DNA of 64,000 nt from Macrostomum lignano (lineage: Eukaryota), in contig NIVC01002309.1 of the NCBI GenBank assembly GCA_002269645.1, forward strand, positions 76,921 to 140,920. Direction: 5' to 3'. Below the pieces are notes generated by a model, which searched no databases, had not been told where the DNA came from, and worked only from the letters and a program-made list of their open reading frames with translations. Position numbers and translations under genes: made by a program. Shown here piece by piece: positions 23,360 to 37,910 of the stretch. How positions within the stretch are numbered: position 1 is the first letter of the stretch; the number at the start of each line of letters is the position of its first letter.

Positions 23360-23878
23360 ATGGCACGTGAAAAACTGCAACAGCCACGTCTTGAGGAGCA
23401 ATACAGGAATATCATCAGATCAAGTCGCAGTAAAAATCGCTGTTCCTGCCCATTTGACGACAATGCACCAATTGCTTCTAGAACAAGAAGCGCTCTTCGA
23501 CACCGCAATTCAGTGAGCAGTTCTCAAATTTATCATTTCACCGGTGGTCAAAGAAGCAGCGACGAGTCCGAGAGCTCAGATGATGCCTGGAGCAATAAAT
23601 TTTCCCTAAATTCTTTGGAGCGACCGGACCACAGTGTACCACTGGATGTCACCAGTTCAATCTCGTCTATCAACCGACGCAACCCAAGCAACTCAAGGAG
23701 TCGATCTCGCATCTCTAACGGCCCTTCCAAATTGATTTATCGAATTTTTGCTTTCGTATTTTATCGTTTGTTGGTTTCGTTTGCAACTAGGTGCGCAGAT
23801 TTTGTGACTGGAACTATTTTAACTTGGTTAAAACTATTACTGCTGGTTCCTGTGGCTCGGTGGCTCGGTTTTAGATAG
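23360..23878 (+). CDS. Hypothetical 172-aa protein, Ser/Arg-rich with a hydrophobic C-terminus
   Basis: A non-repetitive open frame of over 550 nt in AT-rich DNA, with first ATG at 23360. No family is recognised. Confidence 0.4.
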   Translation: MAREKLQQPRLEEQYRNIIRSSRSKNRCSCPFDDNAPIASRTRSALRHRNSVSSSQIYHFTGGQRSSDESESSDDAWSNKFSLNSLERPDHSVPLDVTSSISSINRRNPSNSRSRSRISNGPSKLIYRIFAFVFYRLLVSFATRCADFVTGTILTWLKLLLLVPVARWLGFR

Positions 23879-23979
23879 TAATGTAAGCATCGGGACAATA
23901 GCTGCATCCCAAGTGCATGTCAACTCATCCAAGGTTTCCTAAATGCCTGTCATCTCTACGGTGTGCCTAATGTCTGGCT

Positions 23980-24185
23980 CCACATCCGGTGTGTCCCAAC
24001 TGCATGTTACCTCATTCGCGGTGTCCCAACTGCATGTACCTCATCCGCGGTGTCCCAACTGCATGTTACCTCATCCGCGGTGTCCCTAATGCCTGTCGAC
24101 ATCTCATCCGCAGTGTGCCAAATGCCTGTCGACATCTCATCCGCGGTGTCCCAAATGCCTGTCGACATCTGATCCCCAGTGTCTC
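23980..24185. repeat. Minisatellite, 30-33-bp unit (CCTCATCCGCGGTGTCCCAACTGCATGTTA and variants)
   Basis: About 6 tandem copies are visible. Confidence 0.85.
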
Positions 24186-24867
24186 AAACTCCCGATTGAT
24201 CTGATGCATTTTATGTATAAGGCGCGAAAGGAATGTCTTTTGTTGAACAAAAAAACTCAGCAGTGAAAGCAGACACCTGCACATGTATGGCATGCATACA
24301 TGAAGGTTTGGTTAACGAGTCATACAATGGAACAATGCGCCATTTAAGACTCTGCACTTCTGCATTGCTTTTACAATAGTTCAACAAGCTTTTATTTTTT
24401 AACCCACAAACAAAAACAGCCAGAGTGACAATGGGCTGTAAATTACACTTTCAAATTTCCTTGACTTTCTAATCGTCAAGTATGCACACTCTCTGTACTT
24501 GAGAATTGGTCCTCACTCGACAACCTCAGAGGCTAATTTTCGTGCAGCCCCAAATGCATGGAAATGTGGCCACGCACCGAATCGAACAGCATCCTATTGC
24601 GAAGCTTTAGAATGAGAATTTTGTCCACTTAGCTCATCCACAAAATTCACGTAGCCATTGTATACACTACGTAGGGGCAAATATACGCAGCAACATTGAA
24701 AAGTCGCCACTCCATGCGCCATAGGCAATTTCTCTTGGACTATTCTGAAATCGGGGTAGCTTTAATCCCTCCAGCCCTCGCACACCGCTCCCCCACTACA
24801 TTTCTCAACTCAAGTCTGCCGCGGCTTAGCTGAGCTGTGTCACTCGCAAACATTGAGGGACTTACCT

Positions 24868-25566
24868 GCACTCTCAAAAGTGGCGACCACAGATGGAATC
24901 TTCTGTGATGAGGAATTTTCAATGTTGGTGAGTATACATTCACCCAGACACAATGTGAATTAGTTTTAGCCATTTTTTCCACAGTTGCTCCCCTTCCTAG
25001 GTAACACATCACGTTACTGCTTTCCTACATTTATCATCCATCATCTAATCTACTTTGTCGTAAAACTGTCGTGTAGAGTAATGATTGACATCTGTGCAGG
25101 GCTAAAATACATTGTAAATAACTTTTACCCAGGCACAATGACAAGTCAAAACGGCCCCATTATTACACAATTCAGCGACTCCACCGAGAGATTTTTCAAT
25201 TGATAAAAGCAGGCGTACCGCTGTGATTTTATTGAACTAATTAAAAATTGATAACCAAGTTATAGAGTCGCCTATTATCTTATCTGATAGCCAAGTCAAC
25301 TGTCCCTCGCCACGCGTAATCAATGTACATCATACTCTCTGCCCAAGTGACCAATCAGTTCACCCAACTCCACCTCTCATCCAATCAAATCAAATTTAAA
25401 AGTGTTGAATAATGGCTCCTCAAACGTGTGTTAAAATAACCGAAAAAGTGTGCTAAATTTGCCGCAAAAGTGTATTAAAATGACCCGTGTGCTATAGGTA
25501 AAAATTCCATACAATGCGCTTGTATACACTCAACAACATTAAAAAAGTCGCCACCTTTGAGAGTGC
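24868..25566. mobile_element. Possible MITE defined by a 20-bp inverted repeat
   Basis: GCACTCTCAAAAGTGGCGAC (24868-24887) versus GTCGCCACCTTTGAGAGTGC (25547-25566), one mismatch. No clear TSD was found. Confidence 0.35.
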
Positions 25567-26318
25567 TGAGTAAATTCTAGCTCAGTATTGACTTTTGAGT
25601 GACGCAACTCGAGTGACGCGACGCAGAGTTGGGTTGAGATTGGGAAGATTGGGAAGATTGAATAGATTGAAGCTTCTGCCCGTTTTTCATTGTTTTTCAA
25701 AGCTATTAGAAATAGTTGGCCAGGTGATAGACAGGTCACACGTGATGCTGGTTCGAAGACAGGTTCTGTCCTTCATCGGCTCTATTCAAACAAAGAAGAA
25801 AGTTCAATTTAAAAAAAACTGATTGAATTCAATATAGCAGCGAAGAAGTCAACAACTGTGACGTTGACAATGAGTTCGTGAAAACTCACCTTGCAGAGGT
25901 TGCAATAATTGAGCACTGCTCAACGCAATACTCAAGGACTCCGCATTACCATATACTGTACGATGGCTTGTGCCAGCCGATCGTATTTCAATGGTGCAGT
26001 GAGCACGTCAAAAACTGTGCTCATAGTTGCAGTCTTTCAGACTATCGGGTAGCAACAAATCGGAGCTCTTGAAATTGGTTGACATTGGGCCAGCTGCAGT
26101 ATCAACCTCGACATCTTGGTTAAACTTTGGGCTGTAGAAGAGACCCTAATGGCGCTTTTAATGTAGAGACGATCACAACTGGTGTTGGCAGGCATGACAA
26201 CTTGTTAGATGGAAACTTGTACCGTCTATACAGGATCGGATACGGCGAGGCTACAGCTCTCAAGGACTGCATGATATGCAATTTATTGTAGTACTGTGTA
26301 TGCAACAGATACCTAATA

Positions 26319-26752
26319 CAGTGGCGGCGCAGGGGGGGGGCGGGGGGGGGGCGGGGGGGGGCGGGCTGCCCCCGGGTGACCACCCCTCACCACCCTCAGG
26401 GGTGACCACCCCCAGGGGTGACCACCCACTACTTAAAAAAAATTGGTACTTTACCATATTTTTTCAAAAGTGTGGTCACCCCATGGGGCATGGGGGTGGT
26501 CACCTGAGACCTCAGGGGGGTGGTCACCCGGTAGGGCCTGTAGGCTGTAAGGGTGGTCACCCTTTGAGGGCGAACCGCGAACTGGGCCTGGGCGATAACG
26601 AATCCTAACGATTTTGGAAAGCTGGAATGTAATTATTTTTGTGATAATTTTTTTTGATAATTTTTTCTGGGGGTGACCACCCAGCCGGGGGGGGGGGTGA
26701 CCACCCAACCACCGCATCCCCCCCCCCAGCTGGAGGTCCTGCGCCGCCACTG
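26319..26752. mobile_element. hAT-like MITE
   Basis: Perfect 15-bp TIRs CAGTGGCGGCGCAGG/CCTGCGCCGCCACTG, a perfect 8-bp TSD ACCTAATA (26311-26318 and 26753-26760), and internal GGTGACCACC/GGTGGTCACC motifs. Confidence 0.93.
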
Positions 26753-28959
26753 ACCTAATATATGACTGCATAACTGCATGACTACAACCTAGATAGCCAG
26801 ATTGAGGCCCTAGTTCTGTTTTTTTGCTTAAGTAAAAATGAAAACTGGCACGTTTTAAGTAAGAGTTTTAAATCTACAATCGTCATGATTTGCAGACACT
26901 ATTGAAAGCATTTTTAAGCTTGTCAAATATTTTAAACATCACAACTTGTGTCAACGGCTTGTTAGGACAATTTTTCGGCTTTTATTTTTTTATACTTCAG
27001 CTTGTTGCGACGACGTAGGACGAAGAAGTAACGAAGAAGCTTCTGCTTAGTATATACTACTTTTAAATCATATAAACAGTCACTCAAGAACATAAAATAT
27101 AGAATCGTCCGCAGTTCAATTTCCGCGATTGAAAATTCGAATAATCTGAGAATCTGAGTAAGTTCGGCTTAGGAAAGATTAAAAAGAAGCACGTTCTGCA
27201 ATTTCCTTCTCACCTTTGTCCATCAAATCCCCAATATAAATTTTAGACTTTCTTTAATTATGAAAGTAGAATAATATTCATGATTGCAATTATGGCTCGT
27301 TGCTAGGTCACTGTATTCCTAACTCAATAACTGCTTCCGTAAATTTAATCAGCTTGCAGAATCGTTCCAGGCCGCTACACAATTAGAGATTGGTGAACGA
27401 ACGTAGACCGCGCTGCCGACAAAGTCCGCGGGGCGCCGGGGGGGGGGGGTCGGCCAGCAGGTAATCAAGGAAACGCCGAGTACGCAACTCCTAGCATGCC
27501 AGCATGCGTTCGAGTTCGAGTCAACTTGCTGTTCGAGGGAGTCCATCCGCGTCCAGGTCTCAGCCCTCAAAGGACTCGCCTTCACAGAATCAAGGGCAGC
27601 GAAATCAAATCGAATCCTAGCGAACGTCGGGGACCAGACCACAGAAGTAGACGAAGCTATACACTTTTGTGTGAGTGTGTTCCTGCGCGTATGACTGCGT
27701 ACGTATCCGCGCGCTTGTGTGCCTGCTCAGGGGAGTCGTCGGAATGGGCATCAACGCCTCTCGCCGGTTGTGCGACAATGTCGCTTAAAGTGTTTTTAGT
27801 AAGAACTAAACAAAAAAACTAAGAGAAAGTCATGGACAAAATGAGAGAGAGAAAGAAAAGACGTTAGTTAGGACCCAGTAAAAGACAAAACCAAAATTCC
27901 AACTGATTCCTAACAGATTTCTAGGCTAAACAGGCTTAGATCGCATGAGCAACACGCACAATGCAGGGAACGCAGCTCATTAGTGCTTTGTATTAAAAAA
28001 CTCAGCGCGTGTTTTTCATTCCTTCTTCTACAGCCCCCCCCTGCACCAAAGCTAGACCTGGCGCTATAGCCAACAGACCAACCAAACCTATTTGCTTAAC
28101 TGTAAAAGTACATTCGACGAGGTTCGACAGACGAGAGAGAGAGAGAGACAGAGACCACTGGCAGAGAAAAAAATAGCCCAGCAACCACCATTTGGAATTA
28201 GGTATCCCTTGGGGAGGGGTTAAGTTAGGTGGGCAAGGCCGGAGGGATGGAGAGGATGTCAGATGTGCGCAATCCAACATTCGGGATCTGATCAAGGAGT
28301 CCTTTGAAAGACAATCTGGTAGCGTCATGTTCTCATAAGCTTTCATTAATTTGTGCTCAACTGATTCTCACTAAAGTTGCATTTGTTTGATGAGAAATCC
28401 CGCGACTACTGACTTAGATTTCTCAATGCTTAGTAGATTTCAGTTTTCCTAAATAAAGAGGGTTTGGCAGTTCTCCTGCGACTCAGAATCTCCTAATCAG
28501 CTTAAAAATGATGGGAAATTGAGGAAAAATCGAGAGTTTCGAGGAAAGATTAAGAGGCAGTCGAGATTTGTCCTTTGAAGATCTCCTTGATCTGACGCTG
28601 GCGCTGCACTTATTGCGGATTCCGACGAATTCCCTACTGGAGGAGCTGACAATATACGAGGAGAACTGGGGGGAAATTTCCCAGAAAATCCAGGCATGCT
28701 TGATGCGGCTGCATGTTAGCAGCATGGTCGAGCTCGTTAGGATTCCTCCTGTCCGCGTCGCTTTTGCATGCAGGGGGAAGCTTCTTTTTATCAGTAACTG
28801 CAAGACTCGTTTCTTCTTCTAGCCATGGCTCGCACAAATTGAGGATGTTGCGAAGCCGGCTGAGCTGAACTCATTCCAAGCCAATTCAGAGCAGTTTGGT
28901 AAGATAACCGATTAGAGAAACTTTGCGCTTGTTGGAGGTTGAACTCTACTGCTCTCTAT

Positions 28960-28975
28960 CTATCTACGAGGCTCG

Positions 28976-29048
<73 letters not shown>

Positions 29049-29050
29049 GC

Positions 29051-29092
<42 letters not shown>

Positions 29093-29094
29093 GC

Positions 29095-29190
<96 letters not shown>
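28960..29190. repeat. (TCTA)n microsatellite
   Basis: Seen directly in the sequence. Confidence 0.97.
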
Positions 29191-29192
<2 letters not shown>

Positions 29193-29512
29193 CACTCTAT
29201 CACTCTATGCGTGCACCAACCGCACCTGTGATTAACACGATCATGCCTGACTAAGCTGCACAATTCCCGGGCTATCCTCATTAAAAATCCCAGAAACTCC
29301 GTGGCAATTTATGTTTAGTCTATTTCGGCTTGCTGGGTAACTTGGCTTCGGCGAAAAACTCTGGCAGCTAGACCTAAATCCTCACAGCAACCGAGCCGAC
29401 GGACAACTGAAGCAGAAGGAAACCTCACCCGCAAGTCGTGCAATTTTCACTGGTGGCCGGGTTTTGCTACAGAATGTATTGGAATTAAATTCGCAATATC
29501 TCACTTTCTCAG

Positions 29513-31031
<1,519 letters not shown>

Positions 31032-31627
31032 AATGTCAAATACTTTTTGCCGGGGTGACTGTAAAGCAATTATCTTTTATTCGAAAAAAAGAAGAGCAAA
31101 GATAAGGGCAAATTGGTCTCATAGCGACAGCAGCAGTTTCTGGTGGATCATGTCATCAATTACATGCCGTCTGTCTGCAGCCCTGTTTCGAGGCGAGTGC
31201 AATTTCGCCAAGAAAATCTGTCGACTCCAGCCTCTTCAGCGACAACCCTCCCCAGCCCGTACTCGCATCTCAGTGATAAATGTGTACTATTTAGCGGCTA
31301 AATTACTATAATTAAGGGCCCACCCCCCTTCCATCCGGCATTTTTTGCATTTTTCTCTGCGTTCCAACAAAGCGATGTTTGCTTGGCGCAGACAGGGCAC
31401 AAGATGCGTGAAGTTTATACAACTAGGCGGGGGCCTGTGTTGTGAAGCCATGACTTTTCGAATTGTGGTGCATTTGAGAGATGCTGCCTGTTTCCAATAG
31501 CTAAGTTCTTATATAGTTGGCTCATGCTTAAAATTTACATGTAGCAAAAAATTGCATAAAATTGCAAATTCAGTACCAGCTCTTATAGTCAATTGAATCT
31601 AATTTGAATAATTTAGCCATTAAGAAG

Positions 31628-32094
31628 CTGGAGCGTCGCCACCTGGGGGGACAGGGGGGACATGCCCCCTCCCCAGTTTTGAGGGGACATGCCAATGCTT
31701 TTTAACCCGCACTCCACCTTGTGATCCCTTGTGGAAATTAATAATTTTTCCTCAGGGTGCTAAAATGAGTGCCCGCGGCGCCAAAATGAGGGCCTGCGGC
31801 GCAAAGATGAGTGCCCGCGGCGCCAAAATGAGGGCCTGCGGCGCAAAAATAAGTGCCCGCGGCGCCAAAATGAGGGCCCGCGGCGCCAAAATGAGTGCCT
31901 GCGGCGACAAAATGAGTGCCCGCGGCGCCAAAATGAGGGCCTGCGGCGCCAAAATGAGGGCCTGCAGCGCCAAAATGAGCGCTAACAACACCGATTCTTA
32001 AAATAGTGGATATGTAGGAATTAGTCATGTACATGTACATGTTGAATTCTTGGCTTTGTCCCCCCTAACTAATAAATCCATGGCGACGCCCCTG
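31628..32094. mobile_element. hAT-like MITE with an internal 21-bp minisatellite
   Basis: Imperfect TIRs CTGGAGCGTCGCCA / TGGCGACGCCCCTG, a perfect 8-bp TSD TTAAGAAG (31620-31627 and 32095-32102), and internal AAAATGAGTGCCCGCGGCGCC repeats. Confidence 0.88.
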
Positions 32095-34543
32095 TTAAGA
32101 AGTAAAGGAATAAGTAAATGAGTGAGTGACAGGACCACTGTAGCATAACATGACGTAAAACTCAAAGATCGTGTAATTTTTGGAGGTCAATTTCCTGAAA
32201 AAAATACACTGCGGAGATTAAAAAATCAATGATTGTATTTGATCTGGGGCAAATAGTGAATGATGATCGCATTTGTGAAGAATCGAAACAGTGAGTTATT
32301 AATTGAGTGAATTCAGTCATGCCTCATTGAATCTGTCATTTACTCATTTAAGAATGAGTCAGATGATCGATCGAAGATACAAAAGAAGGTTACATTGCGA
32401 TTAAAAGCCAGGCCTTAGTAGAGAAAGACAGCTATTTAAAAAAGTTCATTCAAGTCCATTTCGTTAGGTTCGTTTGAATCATTTGTCTTTCTCTTTGACC
32501 TCGTTGAATAAGTAATGAGCCTATAAGGCCTTTATTACTGTTCTCAAATCTGTGGAACACTTGCGTGTCAGAGCGCACTTCACTCTGGGCCACTCAAAGG
32601 CAGCTCTCTAACTTTCCTTCCTGTGTTAGTTAAAAAAACGTATGCTAACTAACCAACCCTCAGCTAGACGCAGCCAGGAGCGTACAGTACACAGTTGACT
32701 TATTGCTTTTCAATAAACGAAGCTTTTCCATATCGTTGGTGCTTCTTTATTTAACAAGCTCTGCAAGTTTCCTTCCTGAAGTGAAAAATCATTGCCCCCC
32801 TGTTGTTCTGATTAAGGGCCTGAGTAGTAGTCAGTACTACTGACACAGTACATGTAATTATTGCCTTTAGCTGAAACAGTTTCTTTTGAAGTAGAAACAC
32901 AGGCGCAAAAACTGTTGACAACAAAAATGGTCTGTGTCGAGAATCAAGGTCATTACAGCCTTACCCTCATGCAACCAGCCTTGATTCAGCAGGTAAGTTA
33001 TACCAACTCTCATTCATACGGTCGTAAAAAATATGTACTCTTCTCTTCAGACATGTGCATGTAGAAAAATAATAAGAATAAAAAAACTAGAACTAAATTA
33101 GATGTTAAATTGAATACTAAGAGGAGCCAGTAAGTGGGCACAAGGCCCAAACCGATATATTTATATGACATTAAATTGCAGGGGGGTTGAATTGAAGATA
33201 ACAAAGAGAGGGGTGAAGTGCGCGACTAAAGAGAGAGGTGAGGATGGAGAGCCAATCAGAAGGCAGCAAGGGAGAGAGAGATAAGAATAACAAGATTGAG
33301 CTAGACAGAGAGAGAGAAAACAGAGTAAACAGAGACAAGTGAAGGTGAACTAAGAAATGAATAGGAAAGTCGCGACAGTGCACACAGATTTCAAAGAATT
33401 TATTGACCTTCGTGGACGAAGTGAACCCTGCCAACCCCCGATTAGAAAGTCAGGACCTTCGTACACCCAGTGTGAGCGTGTGTATGAGTGCGTACCTGCG
33501 TAAAGTGTTGGAAGAATTGCTACGGCACCCTTTGAACATCTAGCTCGTATCCACGTAGAACTTTAGGCCAAGCTGAAAAGTTCAGTAGTAAAAGTAAAGT
33601 ACATTTAAACTATAAGTGCCATATTTTCGACGCAATATTGAATAATAAATTATTCACGTTCTGCAGGGAGCGTTCGGGCCAGCATCGATTCAACGAGTTT
33701 TCTTTTTGGCGGCCGATGGCAAGCGCTTTGGTTGCGACCATAAAAAGGCATTCCTTTATTAGCTCGTATATCTCTCTAGATAGATTCCAGTCCGCGTGTT
33801 GAGAGACTTTGTCGCCCTGCTCATAAATCAATAAGTCTGGGCGGTGGGAGATCGTTGTCCAGTGAAGTTTTCCCTCCCCCCCCCCAGTAGCACTCGAGGC
33901 ACTTTTACTCTGATCTGAATGTATAAAGAAGCATTAGTTAATATCCTCGGTAAACTATAGCTATTGAATATATTCTATCCGATACAGGAAATCTTGCTTA
34001 ACTGATGCACGCCGATCTGTCCAAAGTCCTCGTTCCACTCAAAACTTCTTTGCCACTGCTTTGCCCCATTATTAAGGATGCTTCATGTAGAAGAAGTGTT
34101 TTAAATGTCAAAAAACTACTTCAAGTACAAATTAAATTTTACTCAAACAGCGTATTCTCACTCATCACTCTATCTAACCTTCCTAGTTTTCTCTTCTCCG
34201 CAACCATTAGCTTTTTCTCCACCCAATGAAAGATTTAGCAGGACAGTGCCATCCAATCGTGGGTCCGTTTCACGCAACTGATGCATGTCAGTGTTCCCAT
34301 TGGAAAGAGAGGTTGACGAGGGGATGGTGGCACTGGAAGGCGTACGCACTGGCGCATGCGCTGTGGGTAGAGATTCAACGGGAAAAAAATAGCACCCTCT
34401 GCCTTCGTCCCGTTCCCCGCCGCTCCCGCCAACCCCAATCCCGCTTGGAGGCATGCTATTAGAAGACTAGACCAAGGATTAGTACCAATGAAGAGGGCTG
34501 CAGGGGCGGAGAGCAATTCAAGTAGCCGGTCGGTCAGAACCAG

Positions 34544-35842
34544 ATGGCCAAAGGAGTTAGCTTCAGCTCTGACACTCGCTTCAGATCGAAGCTAGCCCAG
34601 AACCCGAACGAGGAGAGCGAAGGCAGCGAGTCTGACGACGAGAGCGAGCCAGACGATTCAGAAGAGGAGGCGGCGGCAGCGGCGGCCGCTGCCGCAGCAG
34701 CCGAGAAGCTTCATTCAAAAAAGCAGCAGAAAAAGAAATCGAAGCATAAACCGGACGATCCAGCAAAGAAACACCTTCGATTCTCGTCGCAGCGACATCA
34801 GCAGCACAAAGTGCAGCGAAGTTTCTCTCTGGTACCAGAAAGACTTGGCCGCGGCGGCCTTGGCGGTTCGATGCAAACCCAGCGGCACATGCAAATCTGC
34901 GAGGCGGTCATGAAGGTCCTGATCCTCGCTTTGATTGCCGTCACCTTTCCGTTCTCGTTCATCTTCTGTCTGAGAGTGATTGCGCAATACGAACGGGCTG
35001 TCATTCTTCGTTTCGGTCGGATTTTGAGCCCGGAAGCGACCGGGCCGGGCCTCATCTTCACCATGCCCTGCATGGACAGCGTGAAGCGAGTCGACCTCAG
35101 AACGATGACGTTCGACGTGCCTACACAGGAGGTTCTGACCAAAGACTCGGTGACTGTGGCCGTAGACGCCGTGGTCTACTATCGGATATTCGACCCAGTC
35201 ATGTCCGTGGTCAACGTTGAAGATTCCAATCGCTCAACGAAGCTGTTAGCGCAGACGACGCTGCGCAACGTTCTCGGCACGGTGAGTCTGTACGAACTGC
35301 TGGCCGGCCGAGACGAATCCGCCATGGTCATGCAGGAGACTCTCGACGCCGCTACAGACACTTGGGGCGTTAAAGTTGAACGCGTCGAGATCAAGGACGT
35401 CAGACTGCCAACGCAGCTTCAACGAGCGATGGCAGCCGAGGCGGAAGCTGCGCGAGAGGCCCGAGCCAAGGTCATCGCGGCCGAAGGCGAGGAGAAAGCC
35501 AGCAAAGCGTTGAAAGCCGCCGCTATTGAGCTGTCCGAATGCAACGTTGCCCTGCAGCTGCGCTACCTGCAGACTCTGAGCAGCATCTCGGCTGAGAAGA
35601 ATTCCACAATCATCTTCCCGCTACCGATTGAGCTATTGAAGTACTTTCAACAGCAGTCTGCGGACATTGGCGAACCGGATGAATTTGTCGGGCAGGGCGA
35701 CGAGCCGAAGCCTGGAGGTCCTGACGACGCGGAAACTGGGGCATCAGCCGACAACCAGAAACTGCCGCCCCCTCCGTCCTATCCGACAATGAGTCGAGGC
35801 CCAGATAGCGGCTCCAAGACCAGCTTCGGGTCCGGCTGTTGA
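34544..35842 (+). CDS. STOM: Stomatin / MEC-2-like SPFH (Band 7) membrane protein, 432 aa, intronless
   Basis: Hydrophobic hairpin VLILALIAVTFPFSFIFCL, then QYERAVILRFGR, VDLRTMTFDVPTQEVLTKDSVTVAVDAVVYYRI, WGVKVERVEIKDVRLP, AMAAEAEAAREARAKVIAAEGE and LQLRYLQTL...IIFPLPIEL. AATAAA at ~36195. Confidence 0.96.
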   Translation: MAKGVSFSSDTRFRSKLAQNPNEESEGSESDDESEPDDSEEEAAAAAAAAAAAEKLHSKKQQKKKSKHKPDDPAKKHLRFSSQRHQQHKVQRSFSLVPERLGRGGLGGSMQTQRHMQICEAVMKVLILALIAVTFPFSFIFCLRVIAQYERAVILRFGRILSPEATGPGLIFTMPCMDSVKRVDLRTMTFDVPTQEVLTKDSVTVAVDAVVYYRIFDPVMSVVNVEDSNRSTKLLAQTTLRNVLGTVSLYELLAGRDESAMVMQETLDAATDTWGVKVERVEIKDVRLPTQLQRAMAAEAEAAREARAKVIAAEGEEKASKALKAAAIELSECNVALQLRYLQTLSSISAEKNSTIIFPLPIELLKYFQQQSADIGEPDEFVGQGDEPKPGGPDDAETGASADNQKLPPPPSYPTMSRGPDSGSKTSFGSGC

Positions 35843-37249
35843 AGGTCGTTGCGATCAACTGTCGAACAAACTTTGACAACGTTTGTAGCAGAGACACTGG
35901 GAGCGTTCTTCATCTCTGAGTCTCTCTTCATGTGCGATTATTTTCCCAGAGGCATCGAACCGCATCAACGTGTATTTTTGTATTGTTCTATCGCATCTAT
36001 TATCTGGGTTAATGTAGCTTTTTACAGCATAGTTAGGCCACAGTTCTGTGGTTAGGCCGGCACCATAGATGGAGAATTGAATTTGTCTATGGTTAAAATG
36101 TCCTTGGTCGCAATGACAGACTTTGCGAGCGCGTCTGCTTGGATTAAATTCAGTGTAACTGTATCTTTATGATCGTGTTTTATTCTCTTTTAAAATAAAT
36201 TTACGTCTATTTGGCATATTACGAGTATTTGATGTGTCCAGTTGAATTCTCGTCAGTCTGTACTTTCTCAGCTCTGCTCTGCGTGAAATTGGCCTAATAA
36301 TTCGGCATTGAATTAATTTTATTTCCATTGTCTAATGTTTATCGACTCGTCTAATTTCACCACGCGATAAAAAAATTAATTTCCAGCGTCTATACTCCTG
36401 CATAACTATTCGATTCGTCTGTAAAAAACCTGTATTATTAAACCATTCGCGTTATTTTTAACAAAATACTTATATCAATATAAGTTATACCTACTATACA
36501 TTTACAACAGATAGCATTGTTGTTAATTATTTATCCAAACTAGACACGCAATATACAATAAACGCAAGATGAAAAATGCACACATGATTTATAGACGAAT
36601 CTTCTTGGTGTTTGACTGCACTAGCATCACTTTTCATAGAAAACTGGAGTAGAGGGGCGCTGTGCTCCAGTTTCTTGGAGAAAACTTGAGGCCAGTAAGG
36701 TTATGCATATTTTTCTATTATCTACGTAAATTTTCTTAGAAATTAGCTCTGTTCCAAACTGGCCTTCAGCTTTTTTTCTAATAAAATCAAGTCTAGCATC
36801 ATTCTACTTCAGTTGTTCATCCATCTCTCTGAACTAGAGTTCCGGTAAGCATGGGTTGATTGACTGTTCATTCTAAAAATAGATCTCTCTATAGCCTCTT
36901 TTGTCTTCGCAGTGTCGCCGTTCCCAACCATTGTGCCTCATGCAGTTCTTCCCCTTTCGCCATCATCTATTTCCAACTCTCTAGTGCTCTACACAATCTA
37001 CCCCTGGCAGAGTGAAGTCAGAGAAGAATAAAAGAGGAAAGTTGTTCAGTAGAGAGAGGGAGCGGGAAGAAGCTTTCCCGTCCTCATTTTATTGATTGCT
37101 TCGATTGCAGTCACCTGACGCGCTGTTCTGAAAGGCTCTGAGTTGGGTGGAGTAAAACCCATAGTGCTTCTTTACATTTGGTTGCTTTTGTTCTGGGTTC
37201 ATGACTTGAGCCTGTTTTTAGCTGCTTCCGTATCAAAATACGTACATAG

Positions 37250-37910
37250 AGTGTCAGAGCCATCTCTTTGGGTGTCAGGGCATCTCTTTGGGTGTCAGGG
37301 CATCTCTTTGGGTGTCAGGGCATCTCTTTGGGTGTCAGGGCATCTCTTTGGGTGTCAGGGCATCTCTTTGAGTATCAGAGCCATCTCTTTGGGTGTCAGG
37401 GCATCTCTTTGGGTGTCAGGGCATCTCTTTGAATGTCAGAGGCATCTCTTTGGGTGTCAGGGCATCTCTTTGGGTGTCAGGGCATCTCTTTGAATGTCAG
37501 AGGCATCTCTTTGGGTGTCAGGGCATCTCTTTGGGTGTCAGGGCATCTCTTTGGGTGTCAGGGCATCTCTTTGGGTGTCAGAAGCATCGCTTTGGGTGTC
37601 AGGGCATCTCTTTGGGTGTCGGAAGCATCGCTTTGGGTGTCAGGGCATCTCTTTGGGTGTCAGGGCATCTCTTTGGGTGTCAGGGCATCTCTTTGGGTGT
37701 CAGGGCATCTCTTTGGGTGTCAGGGCATCTCTTTGGGTGTCAGGGCCATCTCTTTGGGTGTCAGGGCATCTCTTTGGGTGTCAGGGCATCTCTTTGGGTG
37801 TCAGGGCATCTCTTTGGGTGTCAGAAGCATCGCTTTGAATGTCAGAAGCATCGCTTTGAATGTCAGAAGCATCGCTTTGAATGTCAGAAGCGTCGCTTTG
37901 AATGTCAAGG
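37250..37910. repeat. Minisatellite, 20-bp unit (GGGTGTCAGGGCATCTCTTT)
   Basis: A tandem array with variants concentrated at its ends. Confidence 0.93.
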
